DNA of 60,907 nt, filler included, from Dirinaria sp. TL-2023a (taxonomy: Eukaryota), in the NCBI GenBank assembly GCA_051941275.1. It is 5 parts of 5 records of this genome, joined end to end, with 100 filler letters (N's around TTAATTAATTAA, not from the genome) between each part and the next. Parts side by side here need not be neighbours in the genome. Positions count along the whole stretch, not along the records: positions 48,865 to 60,907 come from JAVEBF010000794.1; 4 more parts are not named here. One strand, given 5' to 3'. The notes beneath the pieces are model-generated. The model worked only from the letters and a program-made list of their open reading frames with translations, did not search any database and had not been told where the DNA came from. The translations under genes and the position numbers were made by a program. Within the stretch, counting starts at the first letter, position 1. Every line of letters starts with the position of its first letter. Positions 50,358 through 60,907 of this stretch are shown one piece after another.

Positions 50358-51258
50358 CTAACGTTCTAGCGCTCTTAATCTGGTTGCAGAACTTTCGTCT
50401 ACCGCAACGTCCCTTTCCTCCCAAGCAATGTCATAGGCGTCACGGGCTTGAGCCCACATCTTCTCCAAAGTTGCCCTAGAACCACTATCAGTACCTACTC
50501 TCTAGCAGAAAACCTTTAGCAAGACCCACGAGTCCACAGGCACGCAATCGCACTCGCCCATCCTCATGACATCCAAAAACTCCCTAGCCGCCTTAGGGTA
50601 TGCCATCTCCACCAAAATTGGCTTTATCTTGAGTGAGTCTTTGACATCGTTGATATAAGGCACAAGGCATAATTTGTTGCCGGAATAGACGATACATTTG
50701 ATGTCGGGTTTGTCGAATGTAAATGGTGACCATTTATTGTGGTAGCGCTTGTAGCGATCTACGATGTTGAAGATATCATGCGCAACGTCTAAGGCCAGAT
50801 GGCGTTGAAACCAGGGGTCGTATGTTAGGCAGTGGCCTGTTGGCATCATGATATATCTTAGCCAGAAGTGTACGGTGGATTCGGATTGGTTTGGCGGTAG
50901 GATCTACTCTCGGGCGCATGAGTACAGGTGATTTTTCACCTCTGAATTGAAGGTCTACTACCTTCTTTTGCGGTTCCTGTGCAGGCGATCCCATGATCTC
51001 CTGCGCGATGATACTGTTGATGTGGACGTCATCGAAGCTGCGCCATACCAAAGTCTTTCTCAGCGCTACCAAACGTTCAAGGGCTTTTACTTGAGTTATG
51101 GAGCGGTCTTGAACTCGAACTTGGGGCAAGTTTCCAACCTTGTCGTCGATGAGAGTCCTGAGCTTCTCAGCTTCAAACTCCGACAGGTCAGGTAAGATTT
51201 GAAGTAAACCGTCTATCTCAGCTATATGCGTTTGGAAAGGGAGATCGTTGGAGGCCAT
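50358..51258 (-). CDS. Orphan hypothetical protein, tandem paralog B (one intron, apparent frameshift near 50852)
   Basis: EIDGLLQILPDLSEFEAEKLRTLIDDKV aligns with paralog A EITGLLSVLSYLADDEAKKLTKVIQGKI; ORFs 50776-51432 and 50502-50849 join by a frameshift; last exon ATLEKMWAQARDAYD. Confidence 0.6.
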
Positions 51259-51550
51259 GGTGCAAATGCTAATCGTATTTTGCGTAACAGAAAATGTCCT
51301 AGAATCAGCACTTGAAGAGGGTCTTAAAGCTAAAGATATATCCTCAGAAGGTTTCTTCAACACTGAAAGAGGCATGACTGTTGATGAGGAATCTGATGAG
51401 TCAAACAGTTTCCGCTCGCTTGTGTCTGACACAAAAAGTCGATCCAGAAGCAGAATTTTCGATCAGCTTCTGTATCAGCCACTCGCTATGTAGGCCCTTT
51501 TGAACAGCGTATAATAGTCACATCCCAGGGTTATGACCAGCGCCTTCGAT

Positions 51551-54106
51551 TTAGGAACTCGTGATCATTTTCTGAGCAGCTTCATATAGAATCATGCCTT
51601 GATTCTTCGAAGCCTTCCCCTGAGCTGTCACCAAAAGCTCTTCACGTCGACCGCCGGTACGGCCCGCTTCGATAATCGAGTAGACGAGATTATGAGCCGC
51701 CTGGAGCTCTACAAGGTTTGACCTGTGCTCAAGGCTTGTGAACGCATAGTCGACATAGATTGGAGCGGTAAGGTCAGATGTCGGAGCGACTTGCGATTTC
51801 GCAAGACCTGTTGATGACGCCTCCGATGGGCAATATTTTGGTATGGGGAGGCGAAGACCAGGTGGTGTCTTTAGACGATCCGTGCCCCATACGTCCAAGT
51901 TGCTAGAAGCTAAGAACTCGTCTAATTCCTGCGGCACACCACTGAGGTTGTCAAATATCGCGTACATCTCGGTAATGAATCTAAGATCAGCTAATTGGTC
52001 AGGCATAAGTAGGTCTGCCTCTCTTTTTTTGAAAATCAGCCGGGCACTGCCCAGTGCTGTCGTTCGCTGTGCTTGGCTGACAGCAACACGTATCTCCAGG
52101 TCAGGAAGAGGTATGGTTGGCTCCGCTGAGTAATTTTCGCACGATTTTGGAGTCAAATATATGCGGAGATCATCATTCCGTATCAGCTTACCAACATTGC
52201 TACCAAGCGGGGAGGCTTGTAAGCCAAGGTTCAAGGTCAGAAATTGGTGCGGCGAATCGAGTCTCTTTTTAAAAGCGCCCGAGAGTATTTTCCCAGTCTT
52301 TCGATGAGCCATGATTTGAAGGTCATTTACCATCTTTGTCGGATAGAGGGCATGACCAATCATAAAAGAGCCATTTTGTTGTGTGGACTTTGGCCAATGT
52401 CTAAGTACTTTGTGGGAGACGTCCGCTTGGAGCTCGTCTCTGACATCCTGGCTTTTCAGGATGTTCAGGACCCTCTTCCTCCGCTCACTACGCGCGATGT
52501 CTGGTTCTCGAGGAATCTTGATGGAGTCCTCTCGCTTCACTGCCAGGGCCCACCTTGACCATTGTTGGCCCCGGTCTGCCAAAGGCAAACGATCGTCTAC
52601 CTCAACTGGGCTAGCTACAATTTGCGCATTTTTAGATGCTCCGCCCCAGTAAACACTGACATCAAGGTCAGTGTTTGGGTTCCTAGATCGAAGAAGTAAT
52701 CTTCGAGCATCTACGAGATCTTCCTTCGACGGTCCGAGATAATACATCGTCGCCTAAATAGGCTTAGCTCAATATGCAAGATCCCAGGAGTATCCCTTAC
52801 CTTACTATACGGCGGTTTCTCAGAGACTGGGGTGATGACAGTATTGGTAAGTTGCTGCAATTCTTCCCAAAACATCATGTTGTTGTTGGGTTGCGTGAAG
52901 TCCTGGTCACTGGGTTCTTGACCAGACTGCAGCTCGATGTCTTCACTCTCTATGCGCTGTACCACATATAGAAGAAATTTCAAGACATCAGTACAGGTGC
53001 CACGGTCGCTGGTGACGCGGAGAAATCGGAGAGACCTTGAGGCATCAATCTTGGCTCCATAGCGCTCCGACAGGCGCCTTAAAATATCTCGGCCTGTAAC
53101 AAGTTTAGCTGGATTTCACCTGCTTAGATCAGAGATATATCCACTGACTATGATTCATTAGTAAACAGATATGCTCGTACTGAAACCATATTTCGAGTTC
53201 CCCAAGCGCTTCCTCATCTTGTCTGGATCGGAGTCCCCAGCGCTCCGATAATATCTTCTCGACAAGCACGCGCTTGAAGACAAGTGGCAGCCCATGAAGG
53301 GCCGAGGAAGTCGAAGACTTGGTGGGAGCCCGCGCACCAGCTGAAAGTCTCGCAGACCGAAGCCTGAAGTGGGCATTTCCTGGAAATGTTGTGCTTCCCG
53401 GTGTCCAGGAAGATCGAGTATACAGCTTTGTCGAATATGGCAGCTCGATATTGGAGGGATCAGGTACAGGGAAGCACCCTGCCGAATAGTACCCGTACAA
53501 CTGCTTTCTGGAAAAGCCACGACAAATTGTCTCCACCAAATCTTTACATTCTTCCGCAGTAGGAGATTTGTTCCTGGAAATCCGACTCACAGCCCAAACG
53601 TCTCTGAGATCTTCCAGATTCTTTGCCACCCCGCCAGCACTAACTTTTTCTTTCTCTGTCTGTATCTTGTTCAATATTTCATCCACGCTGGAAGGACGTT
53701 CGGTAGGATCTATTTTTTCTGGGTTTCTAGAGAAGAAACTGGTCTCGAGGCTCTTTTCAGCCGTCTGCACTACCAGTGCTTCTGCTGGCTGGCCCAAGGA
53801 CTGGACGCCGAGATAGTTTTTGGTATGTATATAGATTCTTTTCTGGCCATATCGATTAGGAGCTCGGTATTGAGGCGTCGACGTGTCTGTACGGGTCTCA
53901 GGCCGGAAGGGGTAGTGGTCAAGCTTGTCCTTGACTCGCTGTACTTCGGTCTCCCCCAGCTTCCGTCTGTGGCCTAGGTACCATGATTGGCCACGGCTTC
54001 CTTTGATAGCTGTACATTTCAATTGACTCTGCTTCAGCCTGATGAGACCAGAATGATGTCGCTGGCATAGTAAGAGGCATCGAGCTGGATAGAGAAAGCT
54101 CAACAT
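51551..54106 (-). CDS. SLS1: Mitochondrial inner-membrane regulator SLS1-like protein, multi-exon
   Basis: Presequence-like MLSFLYPARCLLLCQR; LGVQSLGQPAEALV, GFSRKQLYGY, LVEKILSERWGL..GELEI, DARRLLL, DLLMPDQLADLRF, YSIIEAGRTGGRREEL. Confidence 0.7.
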
Positions 54107-54426
54107 TAACAGAATCGGCAGATGCAAGGAAACGCAGGAGCAAACTAGGTAAGGGAGCCTCGGGAGCGCAAGATTTGAGGTTCAGTCGCTAAACATTCCT
54201 GAACGGGATTGACGGAGCGGAAGTATTCCGTGGCAGTATTTGACCAATCAAAATGCGAGATTCATTTACCTCAAGTACTGTATCCTCGTATCCTTCCATG
54301 ACTCGGAGAGACCTGAGCATCCACCAAGGCCAAGCATCTTCATATGGAAAAATAAGTAAGAATCGAAAGTTCCTCAAAAATTGAAGCACGTCCACTCGGT
54401 AAACCTCCACAAGGCATTCGGTCGCC

Positions 54427-55797
54427 ATGTCTGAAACAGCAGAACCAGCCCAGGGACTGCTTGGGTCTACTCTACTATCGATCGTCAATACTCAGACGGA
54501 GAAGTGTCCACGACCTGCCAGCTGCGGCTGTATTGGGATCGATGAGATGGCTTTGGGAGGTGGATTTCGCTACGGTCAAATCACTTCGATTGCGGGGGGG
54601 AATGGGACAGGTAAGACGGCTGTACGTCAACAATGTGGGTTTGAGCTTGATATACGCAACCAACATGGACCTTCTGCACCGGTCCTTGAAAGCAACCGCA
54701 GTTCTCTCGCCAGATGGGCGGTAGATGCTATGTAGAGTAGATGACAGCGATCTGACCAACACCGTAGTTCACCTTCCATGCAGTAGCCAGCCACCTTCTT
54801 CAGAACCCACAGAGCGAAGCCGCAGTCATTGATACCAAAGGCACTTTTTCTCCGCTGCACCTGAGGGATATCCTTGCTCTGCGCCTCCGAAATCGTTCTG
54901 GTCGAAGCGGGTTGAGGCAGTCCGGCTACATGTATGAGCAGAAACCGAGCGATTTTGACCTTAGCGAGGAAGACTCGCTGCAACGAGCGACTTCCATGCT
55001 CGATAGGGTGAAGGTCATGCGGGTCTTCGAAAGTGCTGGATTGTTCGACGCTGTTTCCGAGGTGGCGCAGATCCTTGAGAGTGCAACGCGGAATAGCAAT
55101 GAGTCCACACGTCCTCCGGCCAAAGTGCAAAAGACTGCAGTAGCAGACAGCGAAGATGAATCAGGAGGAGATGATGCTTACAATAGCGACAATGTTTCAA
55201 CTCGTGCAAGGTTTGAGGGCGATTTACCTAGTCCAGGAAAGCTGCCACCACCACAAATTGGAATGGTAATAATAGATACCATTGCAAACATGGTTGGTCC
55301 ATTACTGTCGAAAAGCCAGGTGCAAGGTACGACGTTTTTGATCTTGCTACTACTTTCTTCATCGTCCCATATTTTCTAACCCTCTCACAGGCCAGGCACT
55401 TCTTGCAGGATTGATGCGCTCCCTGCACCGCCTCACTGTACCCTACAATACATGCATTTTGGTGACAAATTCGATTGTCGGAGTGCATACATCCAGTAGT
55501 CCACAGTATCGTCGTCGCCCGGAAGACGATGTGTCAATATTTTCATCGACCATCGGCAAACCAGCGCTCGGCAAGACATTCACACATCTCATTGATACCT
55601 CCATCTTTTTGTCGTCGCTACCGAAAACAAGAGATGATGCTGAAGTTGCTTACGGAGGCGATGGCGGTACTAAGAATTTTGCAACTGCCGGCATACTTGA
55701 AGTGCTGAAAGATCGGGAAACCACCCGAGCCGGTCGGTGGGCCGCTTTTGATCTTATCAATGGCACAGATATCCGAATGATTCAATTGCGTTCATAA
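54427..55797 (+). CDS. Rad51/RecA-family paralog (RAD51D-like), 3 exons
   Basis: GCIGIDEMALGGGFRYGQITSIAGGNGTGKT (Walker A), LDRVKVMRVFE, MVIIDTI (Walker B), KPALGKTFTHLIDTSIFL, LEVLKDR. Confidence 0.82.
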
Positions 55798-55888
55798 AAG
55801 CTGCATGGAGTAGCTTTCTGAGCTCATGCGCTTGCTGGACGCCTGTGGAAAGGGACCAAAAAATAGTAGGAAATTTGATGGCCATGTG

Positions 55889-57223
55889 TCATTTCCAGCC
55901 AGTCGTGGAGATCTCCCAGCTCCTCAAATCCTCCCGCGCACTGAATTCGTCCACCTCATATGCCCGTGGGAAGCTGGGTTTGCTAGGTCCCTTGGAATGT
56001 ACTTGTTGCTCAATGCTCGCACGTCCGTCAACAGCGTTTGCGCTTCTATCCCCATGGTCCCTGCTATTTGTAGGGGTGTGTCTTGGCTTCGTTCCCAACC
56101 GACTACCATACTCAGCAGGCTTGTTGTTATGGCGGCGCACTGTCCTCCGATCGCCTTCGCTATCTTGGTCTGCGGTGCTTTCGTCGCTAGGCCTTAGGCT
56201 TGGGGTCTGTTGATTGTCTTCTTGCCGACCCCAGCCATCGCCTCCTGCAAAGATGTCCTCGATACATTGGTCGGCAGGCAACTCCCCGGCTTGTGCAGCC
56301 CATGATGCTGCTAGTGTTCGCCGGTACACATCTTGGAGCTTGCCGGTTTCGCGGGTTTTGCTTGACATGGAAGGCACATGGTCTAAGTCATCCGAGTCAC
56401 CTTGCTCCGTAGCCAACACCCCGGCTATACCTCCAAACATAGGTGCCGTCTTCAGCGGTGGCCTAGCAGGATCAGAAAACTGTTCGTTGCATCGTAGCTG
56501 GGAACGCACGCTATGAAATTTCTATCCCCTTCCGTCTGCCTCATGGTGATCCCAATCTGCGGCCTGTTAGGCTTTAAATTTGAAGACCGAGACTTGTATA
56601 TTAACCTTGAGGGTGCTATTGATTTTACTTTCCTGCATTAGATGCCTCCGAACAATGCCATCACTCCTTTCTTCACTCCCTTCGACATATTCCGCGAGGT
56701 TCAGATTGACGGTGCCGAGTTGAATGCGCTCGCCCCTTGCTCCAGATGTGTATTCCTGTAGGATTTCAAAATCTATAGCTGTCTTTTGTAGCATGCCATT
56801 GTGGTCGATCGTCAATCGCACAGATAGATTCTTCACATACTCCCAGGTCACCTTGTGCTCTCGAATACCCGACTTTTCGGTGCGACCCCGATGCTCGGCT
56901 GAGGTAGAAGATGGAAGGTGCCATTTGACATAGGATGTACCAGTCACCAGAGGGACGTTATTCAGGTCGATAATCTAGATGAGTGTAAGTGGCTTGCCAT
57001 CCCTGAGCCTCGTTTACTTACTTACTTTGAGCTGCAAGTCGAACCTGGGCTGTCTTCATTGTTAGTCGTACGCTACCGAATGGGATAGAGAGGGTATTGT
57101 ACCCTTCGATTCTTTGGAACTATTGTAGCAATTAGCGAAAGAGGCGAGCGAGGAAAGCATCTTGCTGCCATGCCACTCGTAGATGCCAAGGTTGGGATAT
57201 AACGAACCAAAAGCTGCTTGCAT
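55889..57223 (-). CDS. NT-C2 (EEIG1/EHBP1 N-terminal C2) domain protein
   Basis: MQAAF|VPKNRR|PRFDLQLK|IIDLNNVPLVTGTSYVKWHL, LNLAEYV, RRHLMQESKINSTLK, CIEDIFAGGDGW, REDLRSW. Confidence 0.88.
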
Positions 57224-57505
57224 CTTGGAAGATTGATTTCGACCTCCAGTCGTAACTTCCTCACCCAAAGGTAGGTCTATTTAAGGCGCAGCTACATGAT
57301 GCTGCGAGTAATCGAAGAAAAATGTCTTGCATGTGAATGAAAGACTCGTTCGGCGCTACGGGTCGGCCCGGCGCTTGAGTGGGACTAACGTTGTGCCGAG
57401 GAGCTGTGCCAAGAGCTTTGCCAAGAAGCTCTCAGCCTGTGCCCAAGAACATAAGATACTTACTAGGTGGTAGGCTTCAAGCAGATGCAGCGCTGCCGAA
57501 CTTTC

Positions 57506-58864
57506 ATGTCGGAACCTGCTACTAGCTTCCCAGATGCTGTGGCCAACGCAGTCATCGCAAAGTTCGATGCACTCCCTTCAAAGAGCAAGCCTCAAGCCCA
57601 TAGCTCTCGCCCTCAATGGGTGCCGTTGAGCGGTATTACGATTACTAAAGGAGACAGTGCCAGTCCCTCATGTCTATCTCTAGGGCAAATTACCTTAAAA
57701 GATATGGTTGAGTATTTGACTAAGTAGAGGTCAGGACGGGCATGAAATGTCTCCCAGCAGCAAAAGTGGCAGGCACCAAAGGGAACGTCCTCCATGATTG
57801 GCATGCGGAGGTTCTGGCCATCCGGGCTTTCAACCACTGCCTTCTGCAGGAATGCGATCGTATGATTGCGGATCCAAGAGAATCCTCTCGGTTACTTCGA
57901 TGGAGGAAACCAGCTGATGGACGTGGCGTAAATGTTAATCAGCCATTTGCCATCTGCGACGACATCAAGATCCACATGTATTGCTCAGAGGTGCCTTGCG
58001 GGGATGCGAGCATAGAGCTCGTGATGAAGGCTCAAGCAGACGATACTCCATGGTCGGTATCCGAGAGTGTTCCAGGTAGCGATGTGTAAGTGATGTGTTC
58101 TGGTTCGGCACGCAGTTTTTGAAACGGGTCGGAAAGAATTCCCCCTTGAGGGTAATGCTGACTTGGATGATTCTAGACCCGCCCATCTAAAAGGCCATGA
58201 GAGCTTCTCGGAGCTTGGCATTGTGCGGCGAAAACCAGCACGGGGAGACAGCCCGTCAACGCTTTCTAAATCCTGCTCGGACAAACTCGCTCTGAAGCAA
58301 TGCTATTCACTTCTCAATGCCGCCACATCTTTATTGATCCCTCCCAATAACGCGTACATTAGCACCCTCATCCTTCCGCGCCCCCAATACGTTCCTTCGG
58401 CATGTAGAAGAGCTTTCGGCCCTGACGGACGTATGGCACCTATGGTAACCGAAAGCTGGCCCGGGGACTACAGCTACCATGCTTTCCAAATTTGTGCGAC
58501 TGACATCGATTTCGCGTTCTCGCGCGGTATTGCTAGTATGTTAGACGAGCATCCAAAAGGCTCCAATATCTCGGCAATATGGACACCCAACGTTCAGGAA
58601 ACGATCATCAACGGCGTGATCCAGGGACGAAGTTGGACCGATCCTCAAGGTGCGAGTTTGGTATCCAAGAGGAGAATGTGGGATCTAGCTCTTAGAGTCT
58701 TGATGCAAATAGAAGGAGTACTACCATTTGGAGCGGACCAACACGTGCAAAAGATACTCGAGGACCGAAGACGTGTGAAAGGTGACATCACTCTTGGAGC
58801 GCTGAGAGGCTGGATACTGAACCATGATGATGGGTTCAAAAGGCCAGCACTAAACTGGAGATAG
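57506..58864 (+). CDS. TAD1: tRNA-specific adenosine-37 deaminase (ADAT1/Tad1), 3 exons
   Basis: WVPLSGI, SLG|TGMKCL, HDWHAEVLAIRAFN, PCGDAS, VRRKPARGD, SKSCSDKL, INGVIQG; introns 57685-57734 and 58086-58176. Confidence 0.93.
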
Positions 58865-59023
58865 CACCCACCCCCATGGTTGAATAGCTGCGAATCTCAA
58901 AGCAAAAGTCCAGCAATTGACAGAGTCCATAGAAGAAACTGTAACCCAATGGTTTGGGTCAATTGGAATTCTTTCTGCCCATGATCAGATCATAGGTCAA
59001 GCCAGCCAATGCAGTCATCCCTC

Positions 59024-59458
59024 TTATTTGCCATCAACCCCTTTTAGTCGCGGCCAAACTTTTCTCTCCGTCTCTCTCGTCTTCATTTTTGCTTCCACTT
59101 GTTTGTCAACCCGTTCATTACCATCTTTGATTCCCCGCAACGCTGTCTCGACTTTCTGCACCGTCTCCTGGTACTTAGCTTCGATCTCTTCATCGCTCAT
59201 TGTTTGCAAAATCTCTTGCTTTCTATTCTCGAAAGCAGCTTGCTGGGAAGGTGTTCTGGGTTGATTGGTGATCAGCCCATGTGGGCAGGATGATGATAGA
59301 GAAGGTGGGAGAAGACGCTTGGGATATGTTGGCGGTTCTAAGGTTGAAGGCGAGACTGGATCTGGGGGCTGATTGGGTGCCTCATCAGTATTATCATTAG
59401 TGTGTGGATTGCTAACGGTTTGGGGCTGAGTCTCCTCGAGCGCCACGGATTCGGTCAT
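59024..59458 (-). CDS. Small hypothetical coiled-coil protein
   Basis: 144-aa ATG-initiated ORF with charged helical C-terminus (EAKYQETVQKVE..KMKTRETERKVW); the Pro-rich middle may be an in-frame intron. Confidence 0.55.
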   Translation of the reverse strand: MTESVALEETQPQTVSNPHTNDNTDEAPNQPPDPVSPSTLEPPTYPKRLLPPSLSSSCPHGLITNQPRTPSQQAAFENRKQEILQTMSDEEIEAKYQETVQKVETALRGIKDGNERVDKQVEAKMKTRETERKVWPRLKGVDGK

Positions 59459-59595
59459 GGTTGAGATCGTGGTTGGAGTTTTCCGACAATGTGTTCTGGT
59501 TCAATGGGCATTGTCGTGCAGAGCAGGCCGAGGTCCAAAGCTCCAGTCAAACCACGTTTCGGGCTAACTTCGGCTTCATGCTGCCGATGACTAAT

Positions 59596-59609
59596 GTATC
59601 ACGTGATAC
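59596..59609. promoter_or_regulatory. 14-bp perfect palindrome GTATCACGTGATAC (E-box core)
   Basis: About 140 bp upstream of the 59458 ATG in a divergent intergenic region. Confidence 0.4.
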
Positions 59610-60673
59610 TAAACTTATCTGAGCTTAGCTCCAGACTCACCCTACCTTACTTTATGCTGGCACTTCGAATGTATCGCAACCTCCAACATCCCCACAAGAC
59701 TCACTACCATGAATGCTTAGCATTGCTGGTTGACGGTTCGCTTGTTGTGCAACCCACCATCAAGAATTATTATTCTCCGATCATCACCTGAGGCGTCAGG
59801 TTCACCTCTGTACTCGTCACTCTTCGTTCTTCGACCCGTGCCTTTGCATGAATCCTCCTTCAAACGATCGCGCTCAATCATCGGCTTTCTGACGAATGAC
59901 TGTTATGGCGTGTTTCACAGCTCCACAATCATGAGTTTTGCCTAAGACGTCTCGAACTCTTTTCCCACCCTCTCACGCTGGAATGTGTTCTCTGCGGTTT
60001 TTTGGCAAGACCACTCCGGACATATCATTTTCTCTTCGTGTTTGCCGGGTGTTTTTATATTTAATAAGAAGTCGGCTTAGCTGGTACTGAACCATGCTGC
60101 AGTTACTGCGATTGCTTTCTTGACTCTGGCACTATCGAGATATTCATTGCTCACACTACACTTCATTGAATATGTCTGTAATTATGTCCTCTTTTCAGGT
60201 ATGGTGATATATATATCTGCATGATGTTATGATTATGGCCTCGTCTCCTGCCGTCTTTGTTTCTTTTCGGGTTTTATGCTTGGTGTTGGTTTCTCTGCAG
60301 TACCTGAATTTTTCTGGTCTGCCAGGTCTGTTCCTCCTTTCGCCCTATACCATGCTATCACAGCCTCAAAGAAGCTGTCAATCTCACACAGGTATCGAAG
60401 GACACAGTAATGCGAGTCGCTGGCCAACACGGTCGGTTCCTTGGATGTCCGGACTCGCATGGTACCTGGCCAAACAGACGGCTGTGTTCATCGACACCTT
60501 CACAGCCAAACCATGGTTTCATTTGCCGACCGCACTAACATGCTCCATATAAGACCACAGCTTGACTCTACACCCGATCAGCACCATCATTCAGAATCAC
60601 AGTCGCTCGCTCGAAACGTCCCTAACAGACCGCTTACCAAAGCCACTCTTTCCAGCAATCCAGCTCTTTCGTC

Positions 60674-60907
60674 ATGGCACCTGTCAAGTCCCTGGCTACC
60701 GCTGTCCTCCTGCTCGCTCTCTCTGCGTTCGCCAATGCCGCCGTTCGCCCCATTGAGCCAAACCCTATCTCCTTAGGCACGGCCACATATCACCGTTCAC
60801 ACTTCCCCACCGCCTCGGCTGGCCATCATCACCCTTGCCACGGCCCTCACGGCCCGCAGACAGACGGCACCGCGCAGGCGTCAGGGGCCCACTGTCATCG
60901 GAACGGC
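60674..60907 (+). CDS. N-terminus of a secreted His/Gly-rich protein, runs off the window; not in the ORF track
   Basis: MAPVKSLATAVLLLALSAFANA signal peptide, open for 78 codons to the window end; TATA-like catataag near 60546. Confidence 0.7.
   Translation, partial: MAPVKSLATAVLLLALSAFANAAVRPIEPNPISLGTATYHRSHFPTASAGHHHPCHGPHGPQTDGTAQASGAHCHRNG

Noticed and set aside
58089..58163. Apparent break or frameshift in TAD1
   Set aside because: Explained by a canonical GTAAGT..GCTGAC..TAG intron (58086-58176)
59581..59625. C/D box snoRNA
   Set aside because: Box C imperfect (CCGATGA) and span to CTGA too short

Overview
Eukaryotic, intron-containing DNA from a filamentous ascomycete (Pezizomycotina; possibly a lichen-forming fungus, which is an inference). 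The window is not one locus. Five contigs of about 12 kb are joined by identical artificial 100-nt spacers (N44-TTAATTAATTAA-N44), and their lengths fall monotonically (12159, 12138, 12089, 12078, 12043), so adjacency across spacers is meaningless. Contig 1 carries ornithine carbamoyltransferase, palA/RIM20, an NRPS-like A-T-R reductase and a PTH11-like membrane protein. Contig 2 carries a DUF4045/gelsolin protein, ARL2 and a GNAT protein with PPHLR motifs. Contig 3 carries an I78-like inhibitor (partial), MON2, MMS2, FYV6/FAM192A and an HExxH protein. Contig 4 is accessory: secreted orphans, decayed NLR-associated hydrolase and dynamin-like genes, a 185-bp solo LTR with 5-bp target-site duplication, a 380-bp long-inverted-repeat element, an A-T-C NRPS-like gene and a partial flavin monooxygenase. 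Contig 5 carries two frameshifted tandem orphan paralogs, SLS1, a Rad51 paralog, an NT-C2 protein, TAD1 (likely GC-AG intron) and a partial His-rich secreted protein. No CRISPR, rRNA or intact tRNA was seen. All family assignments come from recognised motifs; no database searches were run.
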